Of a DNA stretch of 64,000 nt, positions 52,493 to 64,000 are shown piece by piece; within the stretch, counting starts at the first letter, position 1, and each line of letters starts with the position of its first letter. The stretch is taken from NCBI GenBank assembly GCA_951406725.2, contig OX597816.1:143964001-144028000 (forward strand), written 5' to 3'. This DNA comes from Octopus vulgaris. Taxonomy: Eukaryota. Both the position numbers and the translations under genes were made by a program. The notes under the pieces were generated by a model. It was not told where the DNA came from and made no database searches. It saw nothing but the letters and a program-made list of their open reading frames with translations.

Positions 52493-53648
52493 TTTTGGTT
52501 TAATTAATCTTTTTCGCAGAATGACAAATATCACTGTACTGGTGTGACGTAATGATTTACGTCTAATACGTAGGCATTATGTCTTATGTTTAAATAGTAA
52601 ATGCGGCAGTAATACGCCTGTCTTATTAAATTATTTCTCTTTGGCCCATTAATGTTTGATAGGACATGAATCAGTGTTAGACGTTTCCAGTGTAAATGAA
52701 TGGTATTACTGAGTCAGACACTGTTAAATAATTCTGATGATAAACTTCCTCGCCCATTTGCCTGTTTATCAATGGAAAATCTTTATCTGAGCGATAACTG
52801 TTTGACTTAATTCACAGCCGCCCGTCACTATGGCTAAAATTTGGGTGTAATTATAGCTGTGCTGTGTAGGCAAGGCAGCTAATACGTCATACTTTCGATA
52901 TATTCATTCAATGTACGTTCAAAAGTTGTCACATACCATTAAATACAAGTTATATATGTTTTTACAGACAGTTCGTATATGAAAGCGAGACCTGAACTGC
53001 ATGACAAACTGTGACATACACTCGTGGAATTTTCCATAGCATTTTATCAGTATCAGAATACAAATTTTGTTCATTATGTTTTTTAACTTAATGGAAATGA
53101 TAACATTTCTGAGCAATTAAGCCCATTATTTACTTACGGCAATAATCAGTGATGACGAACGGCGCCTGTGAAAACATATAATGTCAAAAGTATTATAATA
53201 GTTGATGTGATTATTGTTGCTATTATTATTGCTCCTCGTCCTTGCTTCAAGGAAGTTGAGTCCAGTAGAACAAAACAACAAAACAGTCAACAGTTACCTC
53301 GAACCTAGTTACAGCAGCAGTGGACTGCCCATTCCTATTAAATTGCATTTTTCCTGAAGATAAAGAAATAGTTCTAACAATATATAATTGTGAAGTCCTT
53401 GGAATATTTTAAATGCTTTCAATTCAAGTAATTATTAGTTTCTGCTTTAAGGCTACTACATTTATCAATATTTTCTTTGAAAAACTTGGCCATTCTTTGT
53501 TTCAAAGGAATTTAGTCTTTACACAGACACGAATACACACACACACGAACGCACACACACACATACACATACACACACACACACGTGTGTGTGTGATGTA
53601 TATTTGTGTGTATATATATGTCAATCTACCTATCTATTTATCTCTTTC

Positions 53649-53680
<32 letters not shown>

Positions 53681-53708
53681 AGAGATCAAAGTGTACTACG
53701 TCGCTATA

Positions 53709-54104
53709 TCTTTATATATAAAAGTGAAGTTGTGTGTCTGTCTCCTATGATTTAGATTCCTAACTACTCCCACATTTTGCGGTACCGTTTAACCAAAACC
53801 GGGTATCTTATAGTCGTGATTCATATCGAGCCCTTCTGAGTATTAGCGCGCGTCTACGATGAGTCTACGATTTAAAAAAAAAAAATTACCATCATTTTTT
53901 CCATTTTAATGCATTTTTTCGCAATTATATAAGGGAAGTAACTCTCTAAAAATGTCTACGATGAGTCAACGATTTAAAAAAAATTTACCATAATTTTTTC
54001 CCATTTTTAATGCATTTTTTTGCTATTTTTTGGCTATAACTCTCTAAAAATGCTTATATAGTTATTTCCCTTACAAACCGAGCAACGCCGGGCGATACTG
54101 CTAG
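53709..54104 (+). mobile_element. Non-autonomous Helitron
   Basis: A|TC 5' end; 3' CCGAGCAACGCCGGGCGATACTGCTAG|T; internal duplicated block; no TSD. Confidence 0.82.
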
Positions 54105-54305
54105 TTTTTTATATATAAAAAATACAAAAATGGGACAAGAACGCAAAACATCCAGACAGACGATACAAAGAAAACAAGGACGGGTCATTCGGAGTTTTGT
54201 ATCCTCAGTCGAGTTCCAGATTATCTTCGCGTCCCAGTGGCAACAGGATCAAGGAGGAAGAAGAAGAAGAAGAAGAAGAAGAAGAAGAAGAAGAAGAAGA
54301 AGAAG

Positions 54306-54343
<38 letters not shown>

Positions 54344-54375
54344 GAAAAAGAAGAAGAAGAAGAAAAAGAAGAAGA

Positions 54376-54419
<44 letters not shown>

Positions 54420-54434
54420 AAGTAGTAGTAAACA

Positions 54435-54850
<416 letters not shown>

Positions 54851-54869
54851 AAACGGAGACTAACATAAT

Positions 54870-55325
54870 TCACTGGGATCTCTCATCCCAAACAGATCAG
54901 CTGCTAGAGTATAACAGACCCGACCTAGTGGCGGTGGACAAGGTGCACCACATATGCTGTATAGTTGACGTTGCATGCCCCTTTGACCCACAAATAGTCA
55001 AGAAGGAAGGCGAAAAGATAGATAGAAAGATGCAAATACGAAATAGCCCGGCTATGGAAAATGAAGGTGAAAATAGTGTCCATTATTGTTGGGTCCTTGG
55101 GGACAGTATCAGCATGCATCAAGGGGAATATAAAGGAAATTGGAATAGAGTGTCCAGTAGAACTGTTATAAAAGGTTTGCCCCTTGGCACGGTCAGAATA
55201 AGCAGGAAAGTATTAGATAGCTGAGAAAAACGAATAACATGGTACCGTAGGCTGCAGGTAGTAAGCTCGCTACGCATGCAAGACTCCAAGTGTTCCAACA
55301 AAACCTGTGATAAAGAGAAAATAAT
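54870..55325 (+). mobile_element. Second, divergent R4/Dong-like RLE 3' end
   Basis: NRPDLVAVDK..CCIVDVACPFD..LGTVRISRKVL. Confidence 0.82.
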
Positions 55326-55499
55326 AACAACAAGAGCACTCAGAGAGCGCAGACCTCCGCCAAGGCAACACCAACGCTCTCTCGACGATTAGTTGGAGAT
55401 GACTTTTAAAATGAGAATATTTTAAATAAACTGGACTGCTCTCACAAACGAGAATACTAAAAATGAACCCGACCTCTCTCAAAGGGAAAGTTAGTCCAA

Positions 55500-55531
<32 letters not shown>

Positions 55532-56030
55532 GTTGAGAGGTGAAGGGAGAGGAGATGAAATATTAATACAGTGAAGGAGAAGTAGTGAGAGTAATAGCCA
55601 CGACTGAGAGGGAGTGAAAGAAAGTAATGACAATAAGAAAGACGAAACGAAGTGGGAAAGAGAGCGTCGTATGAATGACAAAGGAAGGGGTGATAGATGA
55701 GTACCGAAGGAATAAGTGAAAAAAGCCGATAAATGGTGGGTGTTTGAAATGTGAGTATATGTGTGTATGTGTGTGCGTGTACAAGAGAACTATGTGAAAC
55801 TTTGCATATACATATAAAGTAAAGAAAATATTAAAAAATAATCTAGAATCCTTGTCCGGTACCAGATCGATCCCAAAATCTAATCAGTTCGTGCTAGTTA
55901 CGAGGCCAAACATCCCTGAAAGTTTCATCCGAATCCATCCAGCGGTTCTTGAGATATCTTGTCCACGGACAAACAAACAAACAAACACGACAGAAAATAA
56001 TACCTCTGCCTTTGCTAAGGTGGTGGTAAT
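55326..56030 (-). mobile_element. Helentron-associated non-autonomous element (HINE/DINE-like)
   Basis: Sub-terminal ACCTCCGCC next to the hairpin GCACTC-aga-GAGCGC at one end; imperfect palindrome TACCTCTGCC..GGTGGTGGTA at the other; internal (ACAA)n. Confidence 0.6.
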
Positions 56031-56366
56031 AATAATAATGATGATGATGATGATGATGATGACAAATGGATCTTTATTAGCTTCGACGATAAGCATCCTT
56101 TTGTTCGACTATTTGAACTGCCCACCCAATGACTTATTGTGTGACCTGTGTGTTCGATAGTCACGTGTCCTTTTAAGTAATTCTCTGAAGAATCTACGTG
56201 ACAGTATTGGATAAAACATGGACTTTTAACTGTGGGTACAATGTTCCCTTCTAGTGTTCGATCAACAAAACTACCCACTTGCTTAATGATGATGCAAGTG
56301 GGCAAGCGTTTCGTTCACACTTCTGTCCTCAATGTAATACTCTCAGCATCACACTCTGACCGTCCT

Positions 56367-56682
56367 GTGAAGGTGCGTGGCTTAATGGTTAGGGCAGTCG
56401 GCTCATGGTCGTGAATTCGATTCCAGGCGGCACATTGTACTCTTGGGCAAGACATTTTATTTTTCTCTTCTCCAGTCTACTCAGCTCGCAAAAATGAGTT
56501 ATACTTGTAATTCAAAGGGGCAGCTTTGTCACACTCTGTGCCACCCTGTATCTCCTTGAGAACTACGTCAAATGTACGCGTGTCTGTGGAACTCTCAGAC
56601 ACTCGCATGTTAATTTCAGATGCAGGTTGTTAGGTTGATCGAATCAACAGGAAGACTTGCCTTCGAAACCGACGTAGAGTCA
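56367..56682 (+). mobile_element. SINE family C, diverged
   Basis: Colinear with the reverse complement of 43578-43901. Confidence 0.85.
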
Positions 56683-57181
56683 GGCAACGTAGTGACAATC
56701 CTGTTATTCGGCGTCGGTTCGTACATCTCCTGTCTACCTAGTTTCACTCATTGGGCTTATGTCAGCATGAAACAGTGATAAAAGATATTCTGTTCAAATG
56801 TTAGGTAGTGTCATCGAATCCGTAACTTCGTTATTGCAAAGCGAACTTCGTGACCCATCAGATATATTCCAATAATGTGCTCTGTTCTGCTATAGTAAAC
56901 GACCTCGCAAACAAGAACTGTTCTTGTGCTTTATCAGAAACGAATGGCCCACCCCACCTACAAATGACTAAATAAATTAGTTAAATATAAAATGGAAAGG
57001 ATAGGAGACCGGATGATTTTAGCACAATGTGCAACAAGATGATGTACAATGCATTGACTAATTTGACTTAAATTGCAGTTTTTACCTCTTTTTTCAAAGA
57101 GAGCATTCAGCTACATTAACCAACGCACACACACACGTGTGTATGTGTGCGTGTGCGTTTGTGTACGTGTGTGTGTGTGGC

Positions 57182-57224
<43 letters not shown>

Positions 57225-57461
57225 CGAGCGCACACACAGAAAGGGAAGCTTGTTGGTTTTCATGAGAATAAGATGCTGTACTGCTTAAAGTCATCATTAG
57301 TGGATTCAAACATGCGGAAGAAAAATGTCATAAAAGAGGGGGAAAAAAAGAAAAATAATAATAATAATAATGAAGAAAATTAGACACATTCCCCACCCAC
57401 CGAAAAAAAGGATGAGAAACAAAAAGAGAATACAAGAGAGAAGAGGAGAGGTACAGATAGG

Positions 57462-57509
<48 letters not shown>

Positions 57510-57894
57510 GGTACAAATTACGTAAGCTAAGTAGTGCAGCAGGAAGGGAGAGATTGTGGTGCTGTTAGTGATGGGGGTGTTTGTGGTGACTGGGGGGGGG
57601 GGGGTAGCGGTGGCGGCGTCGGTGTCGGTGGTGGTGGTGGTGATGGTAGAGAATATTGTAGTGGTATTGGTGTAAGTACATGTAGTGTCGGTGTTAAAAT
57701 GATGTTAGTGTTATTTATGGTGTTCGTAGCGATGGCGGCGGCGGTGGTTGTGTCGCTGGAAGTGGTACTGGCGGTTGGAATGGTAATGGTGGTGATAGTG
57801 GTGGTGATGGTAATGGAGGTGTTGGTAGTGGTGGTGGTGGTGATGTTGGTGGTGGTAGTGATGGCGATGGTGATGGTGGCGGTTGTGATGGTAA

Positions 57895-58150
57895 GGCGGC
57901 GAGATTGCAGAAACGTTAGCACGCCGGGCGAAGTGCTTAGCAGTATTTCGTCTGTCTTTACGTTCTGAGTTTAAATTCCGCCGAGGTCGACTTTGCCTTT
58001 CATCCTTTCGGGGTCGTTTGCCTTTCATCCTTTCGGGGTCGATTAAATAAGTACCAGTTACGCACTGGGGTTGATGTAATCGACTTAATCTGTTTGTCTG
58101 TCCTTGTTTGTCCCCTCTGTGTTTAGCCCCTTGTGGGTAGTAAAGAAATA
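57895..58150 (+). mobile_element. SINE family A, full length, with an exact 25-bp internal tandem duplication (57992-58041)
   Basis: GGCGGCGAGATTGCAGAAACGTTAGC...AGTAAAGAAATA; embedded in (GGT)n-rich DNA. Confidence 0.92.
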
Positions 58151-58181
58151 GGTTGTGATGGTGATGGTAATGGTGTTGTTG

Positions 58182-58213
<32 letters not shown>

Positions 58214-58708
58214 GGTGATGCTGGTTGTGGAGCTGGTGGTGGTGGTGGTGGTGGTCAAAATGGCATTTGTGTTGCTAGAAAAGGTACTACTGCTACGGAA
58301 GGTGGAGAGGATGCTTTAATAAGCATGGAAGCGGTGTGAGTTTTTAGCCCCTGGTGAGTTCTGATACAGAAAATCAAGGATCAACGATCAAAAGCGTTCC
58401 AGCTGTGATTGTCCTTTTTGTGGGGAGTATGGTGGGTGGGGGGAAAGGGATACAAGTCGAAGAGGGAGTCCCTACGTGGTTGTTTAATCTGTTAAAGATA
58501 GCAGCCAACTCTTTCACACCTCACGTACAAGTAACTATTTTGTTGTGGTGATGGATGGTAGGGTGGATGAAGGTTTGGTGTAGTAGTAGTAGTAGTAGTA
58601 GTAGCAGCAGCAGCAACAGTAGCAGTGATGGTGTTAGTGGGGTTGATGTACAGCAGTTGTTGGTTACGTTACGGCGGTGTGCTACGAAAGTGATTGTATT
58701 GTGTTATT

Positions 58709-58929
58709 TGGCAGAAACGGTGGCACGTCGGGCGAAATGCGTAGCCGTATTTCGTCTGCAGTTTCGTTCTGAGTTCAAATTCCGCCGAGGTCGACTTTGC
58801 CTTTCATCCTTTCGGGGTCGATAAATTAAGTACCAGTTACGCACTGGGGTCGATATAATCGACTTAATCCGTTTGTCTGTCCTTGTTTGTCCCCTCTGTG
58901 TTTAGCCCCTTGTGGGTAGTAAAGAAATA
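58709..58929 (+). mobile_element. SINE family A
   Basis: Nearly identical to 57895-58150 without the duplication. Confidence 0.92.
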
Positions 58930-59113
58930 TATATATTGTATAAGTGTGTGTGTGTGTGTAAAGTGCAACATGCAACCAAAATCAGGCTCAGTGAAATGCA
59001 TGGTTGCACACTGCCTTAACTTGTTACGTAATTATTTCGCCATTTTAGCATTTTGCTGAAACGCGTGTGTCCTATAAAGCCTTGAATCCCACACCTGTTT
59101 TCTGCACATTATT

Positions 59114-59157
<44 letters not shown>

Positions 59158-59158
<1 letters not shown>

Positions 59159-59530
59159 GAGGGTGGCTGACCAAGATACTCTCATATGACCAAATGAAGT
59201 CTATTCTTCTAGATTGTCCCCCTTGCGGTCTGCATACTTCTTCCATCGGTGTTGGGATCCTAAGCTTCCATCCTGTTGGTCAAAAAATGTCATCAACAGC
59301 AGATATTACGTCATCATCACGTCGATCCTGGTTCTCAGCCGAATGTTTTGTTTTTTTTCATGATGGGGAATAGATGATAGTCAGATGGAACCAAATCAGA
59401 AGTATAGAGAGGGTGGTCATCCAGTTCAAAGCCAGAATAACGTACAGTAGCCATTGAAACCAAAGACTTGCGTACTGGAGCATTGTCCTGATGAAACAAG
59501 AACTCTTTCGTCGGTTTTCCTGTCGGTATT
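59158..59530 (-). mobile_element. Mariner transposon relic (catalytic-domain fragment plus one end)
   Basis: Minus: FHQDNAP (59476-59496) ... HPLYTSDLVPSDYHLFP (YSPDLAPSD motif); TA|CGAGGG end. Confidence 0.88.
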
Positions 59531-59878
59531 AAAATCTGTCATTTAAAAAACACATCTTTGTACAGTTAGAATATGGTTTCAAAATAACCTAGATGTTAGA
59601 AAATAATTCTTTAACTATTTCATTGAATTGAATATATTTGAATACATAACCCAATATATTTGAAATGTATTGAAAACAATATGAAAATTAATAATCCGAT
59701 ATATAGAGCAAAAAACAAACTGAATACTTTAGAAATATAAGAAAATTTAAATTGAGGCGATGAAAGAATCGCATCCTGTCTTTCAAGGTATTTGAAACAA
59801 CGTACTAACTTTTCGAAGGTAACATTTTTAACGTGAAATTGTAATCAAGATATCATTCCAAATATCTATCTATTTTCA

Positions 59879-59963
<85 letters not shown>

Positions 59964-60069
59964 ATGTGTGTGTGCGCGCGCGCGCGCGTGTGTGACGAAT
60001 AGCTTCCTAGATTCATACACTAGATTCGAAACCGAGCCGAGGTTTTTCTACAAGCCCTTTCCTATTGTT

Positions 60070-61035
60070 CTCAGCTTCTACACACAGAAACTTACGAGAG
60101 TCAAACACAAGTGAGAGTGTCAAAGCTATCACCATCAAATACAAAAATCCATCAAGCTTTGTGAAAAGCACAGACGGTGCAACTAAAGAATTTCCAACGA
60201 TAGGAACCCTTCAGAGAGGCACCCTAGCACTTTTTTCTTTGTGCTTTTAGTGGACTTAAGTAAAGTCTTGACTGCATCCAAAACAAATAACTCACTATCA
60301 AGTAGAAACAATTAAGACTTCAGCAGAGGGCTTATCTCTCCAACCTTGATTATACTGATGATCTCACCTTCACATCTCTACAGTATAATGCGCAAGATTT
60401 ATTAACACCATCTGAGAATATTGCAGCTAGAATCGGTTTGTTTCTCAATACAGAGACTTGTTACTTGGTCATCAATGAAGATGAATAAAAGCCACATGAC
60501 AATTTGGTTCAACAATGGCACACAACTCAAGACGGTCAAGAACTTTACCTTAGGTCTTACATAGCTTACAATAAGATTTCCTTACAGTTAAGAGACAAGT
60601 CTAGAGTGTCTGTAAGTAGCTTCAAAATATCTGGCAATCAAATATATCAAAGTTAATAAGGTTTTCTTTCTTCATGGCATATGTAGAGGGGTTTCTTAAT
60701 GGATCTTAAACGAAGGAGTTTAAAATCGCCTTGATGGTATTTATTTCTCATGAATGTTCAAAACATCTTATAGATATTTATGAGCACATCCCGTCTATCT
60801 CTGTTATTGCTCAGTTCAGGGTAGGCCTTGCTGGCCACTGCTATCGTGTTGAATAACAGACCATATCGAATATTATATTTTGGATAGTCCCGCACCCTAA
60901 TAGAGGGAGATTACTCAATTACACTGATTTTATGGGTAGAGACACCCGAAACTGAAGATCCACCAAAGCTAACGGAGTAGCAGAAGTTCCTGGCGCAGTA
61001 TTGGGAGACGCATCTCGGTTGCAGCCGCTTGAAAG
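60070..61035 (+). mobile_element. Decayed RTE-like LINE RT fragment
   Basis: STDGATKEF..GTLQRGTLA, LDYTDDL (60351-60362), AARIGL, AGHCYR. Confidence 0.7.
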
Positions 61036-62742
61036 ATATTTTCATGATTTTATTTATTATCGTAGCTGTTTCTTATTCCGTTTTTTTTAATAACTATATT
61101 AATAGTTATCGCTAAGCTAACATGGTAGTCCAGAAAAATAGGACAAATTTCTATTTTTATAACTATTTTTCCATTTCGTTATCTTTCATAATTTTAATTA
61201 TTCTTCTGTACCAAACCAAAAGCGATCTTATTATTGTTATTTTGTCTATAAATCGTTATCAAAATAATATATTTCTTTATCTGAAGATCCAAGACATCAA
61301 ATTTGGTAAGAAAATGTGAAATGTTGGCTCCATATACATCTGTACATTTAAATACAAGTCGTCTCCGTGTGTCTGCATTTTATTCAGAAACTACAAAACG
61401 AACATCCACAAAATCGTATATATTATTATTTGCCATTTCACTTTGGGAGTTTGCATAACATAAAGTAGTATCAATATGTTTGAATTTAGTTGAATGAACA
61501 AGGTGACATTGCTTTACAACAAAGAAGTGGACATTGGGAACGAAGTTTTGAAACTCAAATGACCTATGACTCACTCCGATACTCTCTCATTTAGAACAGC
61601 TAAGACAGATACCATTTTTCAGTTACGGCAAATCAACACAGGAACAATTCAAGACAGTGATCGATCAATCAGTTGCAAAGACTTCTATCATTCCACGAAA
61701 TCAGATTAGCTTAATCCTGCTCGCTCTGTAATTCAGACAAAGCTAATCAGTTGATGACGAACATGCTACGACAGGAGGATTTAACTTCATATGAAGAAAT
61801 CAAGTCAAGGGCAAACGTCTATATTTTCAAAATGTCATCAGTTCTGATGTTGACCAATACTGACCTATCACTCATACTGTCAAGCTTCTCAGGACCCCAT
61901 CACATGCATTAACACACTCAAGATGTAATGGCTTCTCAGAAAGCTTAATTGGACAGGTCTTATAGTCATAACTCAAAATGAATGATGTTCCAAATCAGAC
62001 CCCTCCCCATCACCACACGTAGAGTATCCATGACTACATAATCTAATATGTTCTCCATTTATGTGAAGACGGTAAAGAACATTTGGTTGCTATTTCTAGT
62101 AGATCTAGTGGCTGCATTGGTTCTCTTTTTAGAGTAAGTGCTTTGTGGTGGATTTTAAATGACAAGTTTGAATGTTAAAGAGTTAAGGTAAAAGGTTGTA
62201 ATCATAGACATAAAGTTTTTAGTCTAGCCCTTTACAGCTCTGATACTGCAACTACCTTAATTTCTTTGCTGGGCATGAAGACTATTTTCCAAATGGAGAA
62301 GAATTCTTTTCTGAGTAAACAGTACAATGTCTGTTTCAACAAGATACTTATTAACTATTCTCATATACTAGGAACCTTATATAATCCACTCTGCCACAGC
62401 TTAAGAGAGTTCACACTTTTCACTAACAATGGCATCTTCTTATACTAGAGAAAATAAAAACAGAAACAATTCTTTTTTTTTTTTACACCGTAAAGCCACT
62501 TACTAAATATGTATTGTCTTAAGGAATTAACAAAAGTTAGGTACAGATGAAGCCAACACGCAGTAGTTTATCAAACTAATAGTCTTTATGACAATGGATA
62601 TTTCCTTTCACAAGGTGCATTTATTTCCACAAGATGGACCAGATTAATCCTGTTATGCTTTTTGAGTCTATAAAGATATTAAATTAGAAGTGATAATACT
62701 TATAATAAAGATTTCTAACATAGGTACAACATAAATGTTTAA

Positions 62743-62962
62743 CCCTTTCATTACCAACCCGGCTGAAACCGGCTCTGGCCCTGAGTACAAATGTCTTGTT
62801 TTCATAAATTTTGAATTAAAATCTTCCACCAAACCTTAGTCCCAATTTATGTTCCTAACATTAGCTGAATGATAAGTAAGTTATTTTACTAAATTCTTTG
62901 TTATATTTAAAGTAATTGAAAGAAACACAAAGCATCTCAAATTAAATACAGTAACAAAAGGG
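62743..62962. mobile_element. piggyBac-type MITE
   Basis: TTAA on both flanks (62739-62742, 62963-62966); TIRs CCCTTTCATTAC / GTAACAAAAGGG. Confidence 0.88.
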
Positions 62963-64000
62963 TTAAGGAAGGTATAGTCAAATTTATCAACCCCAAAATG
63001 ATGAAAAGCTATTTCAGCTCTTGTGAAATTGGAACACAGACCATGAAGATGTAATCTTATACCACAAAGTATTTTGCTTGATACTCTACCAATTCTGCCA
63101 AGTTATTAACTTTCATGATTATAACAATTAGTCAACAACTTAATCAAATTAATGACTTTATCTTAGATACATTCCTATTTTTTGTAATAACAAAGAAAAT
63201 ATTCTAGGTTACCATGATCACAGTATATGGTTGGCACTATTTTTCACCCTTCCCTAAGATTTGACAAATATGTCAACCATGTTAATAACTGAGAGAAACC
63301 AACCATGACATTATAAGATTAGTTAAGCTATTTTTCTTCTTGTACCAACAGCTTCATCATTAGTGTTTCTTACAACAGTCTGATGTTGGGGATGTTAAGA
63401 TAAATATTTATTTATCCTATATCCTAACGAAATAAAGAGAACAAAATAATGATTTTTTATTTACTAATCCCATACACTTGGAGACAGATTTCATTTATCT
63501 GACTGAGGAGAGTAATAAGTAAAAAAAAAAAAAAAAAGACTTTTGAGAGATAACTACATTCCAATTAAAGTATGAATATTAATTTATCCCATGCACTAGG
63601 GTAATAGAGATCTTTAATAAAAGATGAATATTTACTCTGTTCATTACAATAGTGACATTTCCTGGGTAATCATAGTTACTGCTTTCAGGGAAGTAATTGT
63701 AGTTGTGGTATTCATGCATTTCTCAGCACATTAACAAGTAACATGAAATGAAATAAAGGGATAACAACAATCTAAACCAGGTTGCTAATTCAATTCACAT
63801 GAATCATATATCATCTGCTCTATGACACTTGCAGAACATTTTAAAACAACAGGGGTTATTGTATATTTATCACATAACCAGAGATTTCAATCTGGAATTG
63901 ACGCTTATTTGCAGACAGTTCACCAAGTTCCTAGGGCTGTCTTGATACTTGCCAATAATAAGAATAATGATTTCTTGTACAAGCATAAAGCCACAAGTTT

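Noticed and set aside
59488-59500. CTGATGA hammerhead core
   Set aside because: It is the antisense of mariner FHQ codons, with no stems.
61330-61900. Possible hAT transposase relic on the minus strand
   Set aside because: Only vague peptide resemblance and no TIRs found; not supportable by eye.

Overview
AT-rich, microsatellite-saturated eukaryotic DNA. The SINE families and repeat landscape resemble an octopod cephalopod genome (recognition from memory, not a database result). I can support no intact protein-coding gene; most ORFs in the track are translated simple repeats. The window is a layered stack of mobile DNA. It holds three abundant tRNA-derived SINE families and decayed non-LTR retrotransposons (L1/Tx1, R4/Dong-like RLE type, RTE). 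It also holds many Penelope-like element (PLE) pieces, including a 2.6-kb copy with RT (YRDD) and GIY-YIG regions. DNA elements include non-autonomous Helitron/Helentron copies, hAT and piggyBac MITEs and a mariner relic, and there is one tRNA-Glu-headed retrocopy. The main unannotated signal is about ten type I hammerhead ribozyme (HHR) motifs from several unrelated sequence families. Some lie in small non-coding units (about 300-570 nt) with a 5' inverted duplication and, in two cases, a terminal direct repeat; one unit also carries a tRNA-type Pol III promoter. This suggests retrozyme-like self-cleaving RNAs mobilised by PLE machinery. All folding and alignment was done by eye, and boundaries of old elements are approximate.
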